Positions 49,761 to 60,473 of a DNA stretch of 64,000 nucleotides are shown one piece after another (position 1 is the stretch's first letter; every line of letters starts with the position of its first letter). Source of the stretch: Trueperaceae bacterium (GTDB lineage Bacteria; Deinococcota; Deinococci; Deinococcales; Trueperaceae). A program made the position numbers and the translations under genes. Where the stretch lies: positions 736,001 to 800,000 of the forward strand of contig JAXHNB010000005.1 of NCBI GenBank assembly GCA_034520945.1, read 5' to 3'. The notes below the pieces were generated by a model. That model saw nothing but the letters and a program-made list of their open reading frames with translations, did no database searches and was not told the origin of the DNA.

Positions 49761-50829
49761 GGACGGTCTCGCCGACCAGCGCGTGCGGGAGCGCTTGCAG
49801 GAACGCGTCGTTCTCGTCGCTGCGGCCCATGGTCACCCGGAGGCAGCCTGCCAGGCCGGGCAGGTGGTCCTGCCGGCGGATCAGGATCCCCTGCTCCAGC
49901 AGGCGGCGGTGCACCGCCGCCGGGTCATCGACGCGGAACGTCACGAAGTTCGTGTCCGAGGGGAACGGGTGCACGTCGCCCAGCTCCGCCAGCGCGCTGC
50001 GGATCCGCTCGCGCTCACGCACCACATGGCGAATGCGCGCGTCGCGGGCCTCGGCGCCGGCCTCCAGCACCGCTTCGGCGACGGCCACCTGCAGGGCGGA
50101 GAGGCGGAAGGGCAGCAACACCTTCTCCAACTGACGTGCCGTGTCGGGGCTGCAGAGCGCGTACCCCAGGCGTGCCCCGGCCAGCCCCTCCGCCTTGCTC
50201 AGCGTGCGGAGCGAGACGCGCTCATGGCGGCCCCGCACCAGGTCCAGCCGGTCGCGCCCGTCGAACGGCGCGTACGCTTCGTCCACGAAGGCCGTCCAAT
50301 CATGCTCGGAGGCGGCGTCCAGCACGGCGCCGACGTCGTCGTCCGCCAAGCGGTTGCCGGTCGGCGCGGCCGGGTCGGCCAGGAACAGGGCGCCGGGCCC
50401 GTCGGCCAGCACTGCGCGAAACGCGGCGACGTCCAAGCCGAAGTCCTGCGTCCGCAGCGGAACCTCGTGCACCGGCACGCCCAGCACGCGCGCCTGATCG
50501 CCGTACACCGCGAAGGTGGGGGAGGCGGTCGCCACGCGGCGGCCCAGCCCGGCGGCGAGGATCGCCCCCTGGATGAGGACGTTGGAGCCGTTCGCCACCA
50601 CGACGCCGTCGGGGTCCCACCCGTCGCGCGCCGCCAATGCGCGGGCGACGGAGTGGCCGTGCAGGGACGGGTAGCGGTTCCAGGACCTCGCCTCGATCTT
50701 GGCGAGCGCGCGCGCCCGCACGTCGCGCGGGAGGTCGTCCGGCGCCTCGTTCTGATCGAGCTTGACGCGGTAGGGATGGGCGGAAAAGCGGTAGCCGGGT
50801 GCGTGACGCACCTCGTCGCGGATGCTCAT
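49753..50829 (-). CDS. hisC: histidinol-phosphate aminotransferase
   Basis: KLDQNE, NRYP, NGSN, DEAY, RTLSKAEGLAGARLGY. Confidence 0.93.
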   Translation of the reverse strand: MSIRDEVRHAPGYRFSAHPYRVKLDQNEAPDDLPRDVRARALAKIEARSWNRYPSLHGHSVARALAARDGWDPDGVVVANGSNVLIQGAILAAGLGRRVATASPTFAVYGDQARVLGVPVHEVPLRTQDFGLDVAAFRAVLADGPGALFLADPAAPTGNRLADDDVGAVLDAASEHDWTAFVDEAYAPFDGRDRLDLVRGRHERVSLRTLSKAEGLAGARLGYALCSPDTARQLEKVLLPFRLSALQVAVAEAVLEAGAEARDARIRHVVRERERIRSALAELGDVHPFPSDTNFVTFRVDDPAAVHRRLLEQGILIRRQDHLPGLAGCLRVTMGRSDENDAFLQALPHALVGETVHG

Positions 50830-50851
50830 GACGTCATGCTAGCAGGGGCCC

Positions 50852-53011
50852 TCATTCGCCCGCGCCGCCGGCGCGCTGCTGGGCGCGCTCACGGACGTCG
50901 GCGATCGAGGAGGCCAAGGACGGGTCGAGCTCGGTCGCGCGGTCCCACGATGCCAGGGCGTCCTGGTAGCGGGACAGGCCGTAGTAGGTCAGGCCGAGGT
51001 TGAGGTGCGCGCGGGCGTTCTCGGGCGACGCGTCGACCGCGTCGCGCAACGTGGGTAGGGCACGGTCGTAGCGGCCGAGCTGCAGGTGGGCGAAGCCGAC
51101 GTTGTTCAGGACGGTGCCGCTGTCCCCGAACGCCTCCAGCGCCGGGGCGTAGGCGTCCAGCGCCTCCTCGACCGACCCGGCCCGCTGCAGCGCGTTGGCG
51201 AGGTAGAAGGCGACGATCGGCCGGTCCGGGGCCGCGTCGTACGCGCGGCCGAACTCGGTCGCCGCCTCCTGGAAGCGGCCCTGCTCCAGCGCGGCCAAGC
51301 CGCGGTCGAACGGGGCCTGCGCCCCCCTCGGCAGCGGGTCGGCACCCTCGCCCGCGATCCGTTCCCGTTCCTCCAAGCGCCGCTGCGTGCGCTGCGCCAG
51401 CGGTTGTTCGGCGTCGAGCGAAAGCGCGCGGTCCAAGGCCTCCTGCGCCTCCTCCAGGCGGCCGGCCCCCGCCAACGCGGTGCCGTACACCGCCCATGCT
51501 TCGGCGTCCTCCGGGTCGGATTCCATCAACGGCCCCAACTCCTCGGCCGCGGCCGAGGGGCGTCCCGCCTCCAGAAGCGCCTGTCCCAGGTTGAAACGCA
51601 CCGTGGCGCTGCCCTCCGCCGCGGCCTGGAGCACCTCCCGCGCCTCGCCGGGCCGGTCCTGCGCGGCCAACGCCAGCGCCAGCTCGTTGGCCACCCGCGG
51701 ATCGTCCGGCGCCGCCTCGAACGCGGGCCTCAGGACCTCCTCCGCCGCCGCGGGGTCGTCGCGGTCCAGCAGCATGCCGGCCTCCGCCACGACCAGGGCG
51801 GTGTCGTCTGGGAACGCCTCGCGACCTTCGCGGAGGAACGCCAGCGCACCGTCGGACACGGAGCTGGGCAGGCGCGCCGCCAGGCCGTACAGGCCCGGCC
51901 GCCTCGCCAGCGGCTCTTCCGCCGCCTGGCGCAGGTACGCCAGCGCCCCACCTGCGTCGCCGGCGCGCAGGACGTGGGCGACCACCTCGGCGTGCAGCGT
52001 CACCGAGTCGGGCAGCACCTCCGCGGCGGAACGCAACGACCGTACGCCGCGGGCGCCGCCCAGGGCGTCCGCCAGCGCCAGTTGCGCGTCCAGCATGCGC
52101 GGGTAGGCGTCGATGGCCCGCTCCAGCTCGCGGATCCGGTCCTGGCCCGAGCGGAGTTGCGCCATGCCGGTGCGCGCCGTGGCGTGCACGGCGTTGCGGG
52201 AGAGCGCCTCCTGGTACGCCCGTTCCGCCTCAGCGTCCTCGCCGGCCTGGAGGTGGACCGCGCCACGCACCGCCCACGCCTCGACGTCGCGCGGTTCGGC
52301 GTCGGTGGCGGCCACGGCGCTCTCGCGCGCCACGTCGGGCATGTCCTCGCCCGACGTGACGCGCGCCCGCTCGCTGGCCACCCAGCTGGAGTCAGGGTCG
52401 AGCTCCTGCGCCGCGCGCAACTCGGACGGTCCCGGTCCGGGCAGGCGCGACATCGACAGCGCCACCGCTTGGAGGGACGGCACCGAGGGGGCCTGCGCGG
52501 CGGTGGCCAGGGCCGCCTCGCGCGCGTCCGATCCGGGTGCCAGGCCAAGCACCTCGATGGCGAGCTCCACCGCGCGCGGGAACGCCTCCGCCGGCGCCTC
52601 GGGGAGCGTAATGGTCTCCGATGCCTGAACCCCGCCATTGCCGTACCGTTCCAGCGTGAGGTCGATCCCGCTGGGGGCGGAGGCCACCCGGCCGCCCAGC
52701 ACCGAGGCGGCCCGGAACCGCTCGTGGAGCACCGCGGCGGTGTCGAGCCCCGCCTCGGAGGCTCGGTTCGCCAGGATCAACGCGTCGCCGATGGGGGGCG
52801 CGTACACGCCGTCGATCGCGTTGAGGCTCCGGCCCAAGCCGGCCGACAGGCCCAACGACCAGGTCGACAACTCGCTGGGGCCCTGGAGGGGGACGATCAC
52901 GATACGGGTGGGTTCGGCCTGCGCCGCCGCGGCGGAGAACGCCATCAGCACGGTCGCTAGGAATACGGCCAGGATGGGGCGGACGGTGCGGTGCGTACGG
53001 GACGTCATCAT
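50852..53011 (-). CDS. exported tetratricopeptide-repeat protein
   Basis: Signal peptide and many TPR units (VLNNVGFAHLQLGRYDRA, AHLNLGLTYYGLSRYQDA). Confidence 0.85.
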   Translation of the reverse strand: MMTSRTHRTVRPILAVFLATVLMAFSAAAAQAEPTRIVIVPLQGPSELSTWSLGLSAGLGRSLNAIDGVYAPPIGDALILANRASEAGLDTAAVLHERFRAASVLGGRVASAPSGIDLTLERYGNGGVQASETITLPEAPAEAFPRAVELAIEVLGLAPGSDAREAALATAAQAPSVPSLQAVALSMSRLPGPGPSELRAAQELDPDSSWVASERARVTSGEDMPDVARESAVAATDAEPRDVEAWAVRGAVHLQAGEDAEAERAYQEALSRNAVHATARTGMAQLRSGQDRIRELERAIDAYPRMLDAQLALADALGGARGVRSLRSAAEVLPDSVTLHAEVVAHVLRAGDAGGALAYLRQAAEEPLARRPGLYGLAARLPSSVSDGALAFLREGREAFPDDTALVVAEAGMLLDRDDPAAAEEVLRPAFEAAPDDPRVANELALALAAQDRPGEAREVLQAAAEGSATVRFNLGQALLEAGRPSAAAEELGPLMESDPEDAEAWAVYGTALAGAGRLEEAQEALDRALSLDAEQPLAQRTQRRLEERERIAGEGADPLPRGAQAPFDRGLAALEQGRFQEAATEFGRAYDAAPDRPIVAFYLANALQRAGSVEEALDAYAPALEAFGDSGTVLNNVGFAHLQLGRYDRALPTLRDAVDASPENARAHLNLGLTYYGLSRYQDALASWDRATELDPSLASSIADVRERAQQRAGGAGE

Positions 53012-53064
53012 CGCGGCGCAGTCTAGCGTGGCGCCGGGTGAAAAGCCTGAAGCCGTCGGGCGGC

Positions 53065-53502
53065 TCACCGTTCGGGGCGCAAGGTGAAGGCGTACGGCAG
53101 CAACGACCGCACCGTGTGTCGCTGCACCGCCTTGCTGGGCGCTACCAACCACACCGTCGCGTCAGGGGCGAATTCGAACAGGATCTGGCGGCACGCCCCG
53201 CACGGCGTCGCCGGCTCGTCCCCGTCGGACACGACCACGATGGCCTCGAACGTCCGCGCCCCTGCGCTGGCCATGGCCTGGATCGCCGACTGTTCGGCGC
53301 AACGACCCAGCCCGTACGACGCGTTCTCGACGTTGGCGCCGGCGTACGTCCTGCCGTCCGGGGTGCGCAGCGCCGCGCCGACCGCGAAGCGCGAGTAGGG
53401 GACGTACGCGTGGGCGTGCGCCTCCCAGGCGGCGTCGACCAGGTCGGTGGGGGGCCGCGGGGAGGCGGCCCCGCCGGGCGAGGCGTCGTGGGGTGGAGTC
53501 AT
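53065..53502 (-). CDS. cdd: cytidine deaminase
   Basis: AYVPYSRFAVGAA, NVENASYG, CAE, PCGACRQ. Confidence 0.95.
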   Translation of the reverse strand: MTPPHDASPGGAASPRPPTDLVDAAWEAHAHAYVPYSRFAVGAALRTPDGRTYAGANVENASYGLGRCAEQSAIQAMASAGARTFEAIVVVSDGDEPATPCGACRQILFEFAPDATVWLVAPSKAVQRHTVRSLLPYAFTLRPER

Positions 53503-53867
53503 GGGGTTCCCTTCGCGAGGCGGTCCAACAGCGGCGGGCCCAGCACCACCAGGCCGACCAGGACGGAGGTACCGGCCGCCACCAGCACCGCCGCCGCGGC
53601 CACGTCCTTGGACGCGCCGGCGGCGGGGTGCGCGCCGGGTGACGCCAGGTCGACGGCCGCCTCGGTGGCCGTGTTGACGAGTTCGGCGACGAGGACCAGC
53701 CCGCAGCTCAGCAGGATCGGTGCCAGGGGCGCGTTCAGCCACGCCGCGGCGGCGACGGCGGCGACCGCGCAGGCCGCCTCGATGCGGACGTTGCGCTGCG
53801 TCCGGAAGGCTCGACCGAGCCCGCGGAGCGCGTAGCGCAGGCCGATGCCGGGCGGTCGGCGGCTCAT
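53499..53867 (-). CDS. dgkA: diacylglycerol/undecaprenol kinase
   Basis: YALRGL...QRNVRI, ELVNTATEAAVD, SKDVAAAAVL. Confidence 0.9.
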   Translation of the reverse strand: MSRRPPGIGLRYALRGLGRAFRTQRNVRIEAACAVAAVAAAAWLNAPLAPILLSCGLVLVAELVNTATEAAVDLASPGAHPAAGASKDVAAAAVLVAAGTSVLVGLVVLGPPLLDRLAKGTP

Positions 53868-54301
53868 TCGGGCGCCAGCTCCAGGATGCGCCGTTGCGCC
53901 GCATGGAACGGGGCCCATGCGGCCTCGGTGGCGTGGTCCAAGCCGCGGAGGTGCGTCAGCCCATGGGCGGCCAACACCAGCACCTCGGCGGCCAGGTCGT
54001 GGCCGTGATGGGCCGCTTGCCGTGCCGCGACGTCGACGCCGATGAGCACGTCGCCGAGGTGCGCGACCTCGGGCACGCCCCGGCCGACGTCGTCCGGTTC
54101 GAAGCTAGGGTAGGAGAGGACGTCGGTGGGGCCGGACGCACCCCGGTCGCGCTCGTTGTGGCGCGTCATCGCTGCGTCGTCCAGCAGCACCACCGTCACC
54201 TCCTTGCTGCTCAGGCCGCCCTCGTCCAAGAGCGCCTGAAGAGCGTTGCGAAGCCGTTCAGGCGCCGGAAACCGCTCGGTTTCGTCCAGGATCTCCACCA
54301 C
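53864..54301 (-). CDS. ybeY: rRNA maturation endoribonuclease YbeY
   Basis: PTDVLSYP, LGDVLI, HGLTHLRGLDH. Confidence 0.93.
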   Translation of the reverse strand: MVEILDETERFPAPERLRNALQALLDEGGLSSKEVTVVLLDDAAMTRHNERDRGASGPTDVLSYPSFEPDDVGRGVPEVAHLGDVLIGVDVAARQAAHHGHDLAAEVLVLAAHGLTHLRGLDHATEAAWAPFHAAQRRILELAPE

Positions 54302-56222
54302 GTTTCAGCCTCGAAATCTCCTCTTCGCTGGGGTACTTCACGCGCCGGTGCATCGACGCGGTCATGACGCGTTCGAACACGTTGGCGATCACGTTCAGGT
54401 CCCGTAGGTTCAGCGGGCTTTCCGTCAGTTGTTCGTCTTGGAGGCGCTGTTCGAACAGGCGGTCGATCATGGCGCGGATCGAGCCCTGCGTCGGGTCGCT
54501 CAGCGAGCGGCTGGTCGATTCGACGGCGTCGGCCAGCATCAGCACCGCCGTCTCCTTGCTGCGCGGTTTCGGCCCCGGATAGCGGAAGTTCAGCTCGTCC
54601 AGCTGTTCGGTGTCCTCCAGGGCGCGCTTGTAGAAGTACGCCAGCACGGTGGTGCCGTGGTGTTCGGCGACGAACGGTTCCAGGGCGGGCGGGAGGTTGT
54701 GGTCGCGGAGCATCTCGATGCCGTCGCGAACGTGACTGGTGATGATCAGGTAGCTCAGGTGCGGGCTCAGTTTGTCGTGCGGGTTGTCGCCGCTGGCCTG
54801 GTTCTCGGCGAAGAACTCCGGCCGCTGCAGCTTGCCGACGTCGTGATACAGCGAGCCCACGCGCGCCAGCAGTGCGTTCCCCCCGATCTGTTGCACCGCC
54901 TGTTCCACCATGTTGGCGATCACCTGCGAGTGTTGGTAGGTTCCGGGCGCTTCCAGCACCAGTCGCTGCTGCAACGTGTTCTGCGGCGAGGACAGCTCCA
55001 CCAGGCGGAAGTCGGTCAGGAACTCGAACACCCCTTCCGCCAGCGGAACCAGGCCCAGCGCGACGATTCCGGCCAGCAGCCCGCCCCCGAGGAAGCCGGC
55101 CATGTTGGTGGCGGCAGGGAGCGGCGCCACGCCGCCGTTCATGAGTTGCAGGAAGATCAGCGTCGCCCCGCTGGCGAACCCGCCGGCCGTGCCGGCGATC
55201 AGCAGGGCGATCCGGTTCTTCACCACCCCCGCCAGCAGCGTCGCGGCGAGGCCGCCCACCAGCACCGCAGCGGCGGACTGAAGCGGCGCCCCCGGCACCA
55301 GCAGGCCCACCGCCATCGCCAACCAGCCGGCCCACAGCAGCGCGGCGACCTCGCCCAGCAAGGTGGCGACCAGGAGGGGGGCCAACAGCACGAACACGAA
55401 CTCGCTGGACGCATCGAGGGCGGCGCGCTGTATCGCCAGGGTCGTGAGGGTGACGCCCACCATGAATGCGAACTGCCGGGCGGTGAGTCGGCGCCGCAGG
55501 GCGCGCGCCGCGTACGGGATCGGGGAGGCCAGCAACGCGCCGACCAGCAGGCACCCCAGCACCACCACCGCGGTCTGGCGCAACTGGCGGCTGCGTGGGT
55601 CGTACAACCCGACCGCTTGCAGGGCGCGCAGTTGTTCCTCGGTGACGGCCTCGCCGGCGGCGACGATGGTCTCGCCCTCCGCCAGCCGTCGCAGCACCGG
55701 CGCGACCGCCCGCGCGGCCGCGTCCCGCGCGGCGGCGGTCAGGCGCTCGTCCGTGAATGCGGTCGGCATCAGCTGCTGCTGAAGGATCAGCCGGACGTTG
55801 CGCCCGCGCGGAGCGGGCGCGCGCGCCACGGCTTCGTCGATCACGTCGGCGAGGTCCTCCTGCGTCACCCCGGCCGCATTCTGGTAGCGCCCCAACAGGT
55901 AGGTGGTGACCGATTCGGGCAGGTTGGCCGAGGTGATGGCGGACAGGACCAGTTCCTGTGCGTTCGAGTCGACGCTGGTGATGGGGGAGACCTGCGCGCG
56001 CGCCGCCTGTCGGCGCCGTTCGGTCGCGACGGGGTCCCCGACCTGGAGGTCGGTCGGGGCGGTGAACGTCTCCGGACTGGGCTCGCCCGCGCTGAGGGGG
56101 ATCGCCTGGCGCTGGCCGTACACGCTGTACATCAGCGCCGATAGCACGACGAGCGCGACCACGAACGGCCACGTCTGGCCGGGCGGGCGACGCTCGCGCT
56201 TGCGCCTCAGCGGCCGTGCCAC
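54258..56222 (-). CDS. pgpH: 7TM-HD phosphohydrolase (PgpH-like c-di-AMP phosphodiesterase)
   Basis: Extracellular domain, TM bundle, APGTYQHS, YHDVGK, EHHGT, FRYPGPKP, MLADAVE. Confidence 0.88.
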   Translation of the reverse strand: MARPLRRKRERRPPGQTWPFVVALVVLSALMYSVYGQRQAIPLSAGEPSPETFTAPTDLQVGDPVATERRRQAARAQVSPITSVDSNAQELVLSAITSANLPESVTTYLLGRYQNAAGVTQEDLADVIDEAVARAPAPRGRNVRLILQQQLMPTAFTDERLTAAARDAAARAVAPVLRRLAEGETIVAAGEAVTEEQLRALQAVGLYDPRSRQLRQTAVVVLGCLLVGALLASPIPYAARALRRRLTARQFAFMVGVTLTTLAIQRAALDASSEFVFVLLAPLLVATLLGEVAALLWAGWLAMAVGLLVPGAPLQSAAAVLVGGLAATLLAGVVKNRIALLIAGTAGGFASGATLIFLQLMNGGVAPLPAATNMAGFLGGGLLAGIVALGLVPLAEGVFEFLTDFRLVELSSPQNTLQQRLVLEAPGTYQHSQVIANMVEQAVQQIGGNALLARVGSLYHDVGKLQRPEFFAENQASGDNPHDKLSPHLSYLIITSHVRDGIEMLRDHNLPPALEPFVAEHHGTTVLAYFYKRALEDTEQLDELNFRYPGPKPRSKETAVLMLADAVESTSRSLSDPTQGSIRAMIDRLFEQRLQDEQLTESPLNLRDLNVIANVFERVMTASMHRRVKYPSEEEISRLKRGGDPGRNRAVSGA

Positions 56223-56223
56223 C

Positions 56224-57170
<947 letters not shown>

Positions 57171-57186
<16 letters not shown>

Positions 57187-57893
57187 ACCTTCCTCCTTGG
57201 GCGAAACCGTCGCGAACTGGGCTCGCCGAGGACGAGGCTCCACACGAAGCCGCGTACGACGTCGCGCCGGTCGCGCCCCAGGCCCTCGGCCGCGCGCAGT
57301 CTAGCCGACCCCTTGCGGGCGCCACGTCGCTCGACGACCGGAACGGTCGATTCGCCTTTCATGCGGGAGGCGATGGTCTCCCGTCCGGGCTCTTGGGAGC
57401 GTTGCTGGCCCGGGGCCGACCCCGACTGCCCTTCCCGGCCGAGGAATCCCTGCGGCGGGGCGGCGTGGGGCCGTTGGGGCGAGGGGCCGGCCGCACCGGA
57501 GGGACGCTGCTGGCCCTGCCGGCCGGACACCGGCGCCGCTTGGCGACCGCCGGGCGAGGCCTCTGCCGAGGGCGCCCGCCTCGCGGGGGGCGCGTCGCCT
57601 GACTCCTCCGCCATCGCTTCCCGGACGCGCCTTCGCGCTTCCTCCAGAACGTTCGTGGGGCGGTCCCCCTGCGCCGTCGAGGCCGAGCCGCCTGCGGTGC
57701 GCTCGGCCGAACCGTGGGCGGGGTCCGGCCCCGCTTCGGGGCGTGGCGCGGGGCGCTCGCCCGGCCGGGAGGTGGGGCGTCCCGGCCGGGTCGGCTCGGA
57801 GCCCCCGCGCTGCCGTTGACGCCGAGCACGCACGACGATGTTCAGTACGAACGCCGCCAACAGCAGCAGGGGAAGCAGGTCGTTCAGGCTCAC
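57171..57893 (-). CDS. membrane-anchored low-complexity protein (YqfB position)
   Basis: N-terminal TM, disordered middle, C-terminal [11 protein letters not shown]; lies between floA and phoH. Confidence 0.7.
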
Positions 57894-58891
57894 GTGTTGG
57901 GGGGACCCTCGTCCTCGTCGGCTTCGCTGGCCCGGGCGATGTTGCCGCGCATGGTGGTGTCGGATTCGATGTTCCGGAGCTGGTAGTAGTCCATCACGCC
58001 CATGTTGCCGGCGCGGAACGCCTCGGCCATGGCGAGGGGCACCTCGGCCTCGGCCTCGACCACCTTGGCGCGCATCATTTCGACCTGGGCGCGGTTCTCC
58101 TGTTCGGCGGCGACCGCCATGGCGCGGCGCTCCTCGGCCTTGGCCTGGGCGACGCGCTTGTCGGCGTCGGCCTGGTCGGTCTGCAGCTGCGCCCCGATGT
58201 TGCGGCCCACGTTCACGTCGGCGATGTCGATGGACAGGATCTCGAACGCCGTCCCGGAGTCCAGGCCCTTGGACAGCACCGTCTGACTGATGCTGTCGGG
58301 GTTCTCCAACACCTTCTTGTGCGTGTCGCTGGAGCCGATGGAGGAGACGATCCCCTCGCCGACGCGCGCGATGATGGTCTCCTCGCCGGCGCCCCCGACC
58401 AGGCGCTCCAGGTTGGCGCGAACCGTCACCCGCGCGGTGCTGATCAACTCGATGCCGTCCTTGGCCACCGCGCTCACGTTGGGCGTCTGGATCACGCGCG
58501 GGTTGACGGACACCTTCACGGCGTCCAGCACGTCGCGGCCGGCCAGGTCGATGGCGGCCGCCCGATCGAACGGCAACGCGATCCGCGCCTTGTCCGCCGC
58601 GATCAAGGCGTCGACGACGCGATCGACGTTCCCGCCCGCCAGGAAGTGCGCCTCGAGTTGGTTCTGTTGGCTATCCAGCCCCGCCTTGTGCGCCTTGATC
58701 AACGGGTTGATGATCTTGGCCGGCGGGACGCGCCGCAACCGCATGGCGACGAGGCTGATCAGGCTGACCTGCACCCCGGCGGAGATCGCGGCGATCCACA
58801 AACCGACCGGAATGAAGGTGAACAAGACGATGAAGAACAGGATGACTGCGCCGGCGATGACCAGCACGGTGGCGTCGATGCCGATACCCAT
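57890..58891 (-). CDS. floA: flotillin-like protein FloA (YqfA)
   Basis: [44 protein letters not shown]. Confidence 0.95.
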   Translation of the reverse strand: MGIGIDATVLVIAGAVILFFIVLFTFIPVGLWIAAISAGVQVSLISLVAMRLRRVPPAKIINPLIKAHKAGLDSQQNQLEAHFLAGGNVDRVVDALIAADKARIALPFDRAAAIDLAGRDVLDAVKVSVNPRVIQTPNVSAVAKDGIELISTARVTVRANLERLVGGAGEETIIARVGEGIVSSIGSSDTHKKVLENPDSISQTVLSKGLDSGTAFEILSIDIADVNVGRNIGAQLQTDQADADKRVAQAKAEERRAMAVAAEQENRAQVEMMRAKVVEAEAEVPLAMAEAFRAGNMGVMDYYQLRNIESDTTMRGNIARASEADEDEGPPNT

Positions 58892-58900
58892 GAAGTGCTC

Positions 58901-60304
58901 CTAGGAGGTGCTGCCGGACGCGTCCGCGTCCGGTGAGGGGTCGTCGGGTTCGACCGCGCGCACGGTCACGCGGTTCCCTTCCGTACGTAACACGCGAATC
59001 GCCTGGCCGTGACCGATGTAGTCACCCTCGGTGACGACGTCGACACGCTCACTGCCGATGCGGGCCACGCCGGCGGGGCGCAGATCCGAGAGGGCCACGC
59101 CCGTGCGGCCCTGCAAATCGCTGCGGTCCGCGACCAGCTTGGCGTGCTCTGGGTCCACCGTACCGCCACCCGCCCCGGCCGCCGCGGGCGTCCCACCGAT
59201 CCGCTCGCTCAAGGTCAGCATCCGCCCGATCCGGCTGTTCGGCAGCAACCACAGCATCAACCCCAGCACGATGCCACCGCCCAACGCCGAGGTCGCCAAC
59301 ACGGTGACGGCGTCCCCTTGGAAGATCCGGATCACCGCCACGATGATCATGGCGATCCCCAGCAGGCCCGCCACCCCCGTGCCGGGGATCACGAACGCCT
59401 CCAACGCCAGCAACAGCAGGCCGCCCATGATCAGCAGCAGGTCCATCGTCCCCGCCGGCGTCGCGACGAAGGTACTGGTGGCGAACAACGCCAGGGCCAG
59501 CACGCCGATCGCGCCCGGGATGCCGAAGCCCGGCGTGAACAACTCCAGCAGCAACCCCCCCACCCCCAACACCAGCAGCACGCCCGCCACGATGGGGCCG
59601 GCCAGCCAGGTGCCGATGGTCTCGGTCAGGTTGCGTTCCAGCACCACCGTGCGCGCCCCGCCGTACCCGAAGATGCGCAGTGCGTCGGGCAGGTCCCGCG
59701 CCACCACGTCGGCAATATTGTTGTCGACCGCCTCGTCGGCGGTCAGCGTCACCAGCTCGCCGCGGGCGGACAGGCCGGGCAGCTCGATGCTGGGGTCCAC
59801 CATCGCCTCCGCCACCTGCGGGTCGCGGCCGCGGGCGGAGGCCACGCTGCGGAACTGCCCGCGGACCGCCGAGGCGAACTTCTCGTCCACGGGGCTGGCG
59901 CCGCCGGCGCCCACCATGATCGGCAGCGCCGCCCCGATCGAGGCGCCTGGCAGCATGGCCAACTGCTCCGCCGACATCGCGATCAACGCGCCGGCGCTGA
60001 AGGCGTTCTCGACCACCGCCAGCACGGGGACACGCGCGTCGTTCATCACCGCGTTCACGATGCGCTGCATGCTGTCGACGCGGCCGCCCGGCGTGTCGAT
60101 GCGCAGCAGCAGCGCCAACGGCCGCTCCTCGTTGGCCCGTTCGATGCGGGAGGCGACGAATTGGGCGGTGGCGGGCATGATCTCGGTGTCGATCGGGAGG
60201 ATCCACACCGCGTCCGTATCCTGCGCGTGCGCGGGACCCGGCCAGGCCATCGCCAGCAGCGCCGCCACGGCGACCAGACATCCTCGCAGCGAAGCGTTTC
60301 TCAC
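58901..60304 (-). CDS. nfeD: NfeD-family membrane protease (YqeZ-like)
   Basis: IDTPGG, AFSAGALIA, TM domain and C-terminal DLRPAG...VDVVTEG. Confidence 0.9.
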   Translation of the reverse strand: MRNASLRGCLVAVAALLAMAWPGPAHAQDTDAVWILPIDTEIMPATAQFVASRIERANEERPLALLLRIDTPGGRVDSMQRIVNAVMNDARVPVLAVVENAFSAGALIAMSAEQLAMLPGASIGAALPIMVGAGGASPVDEKFASAVRGQFRSVASARGRDPQVAEAMVDPSIELPGLSARGELVTLTADEAVDNNIADVVARDLPDALRIFGYGGARTVVLERNLTETIGTWLAGPIVAGVLLVLGVGGLLLELFTPGFGIPGAIGVLALALFATSTFVATPAGTMDLLLIMGGLLLLALEAFVIPGTGVAGLLGIAMIIVAVIRIFQGDAVTVLATSALGGGIVLGLMLWLLPNSRIGRMLTLSERIGGTPAAAGAGGGTVDPEHAKLVADRSDLQGRTGVALSDLRPAGVARIGSERVDVVTEGDYIGHGQAIRVLRTEGNRVTVRAVEPDDPSPDADASGSTS

Positions 60305-60473
60305 ACCGGGGACTGTAGCACGGGCACGTGGTGCGCCAAGGCGCCGTGGACACGCGGTTTCGGGCGCAGGGACGTTCGTCTCTACGAGCCGCGGGGCGAC
60401 CTCGGACATCCTGATCCGGGAATCGCGCCTCGGACCGCAGCCGCGGCGTGCCACCACGACGGGAGCCTGCCGC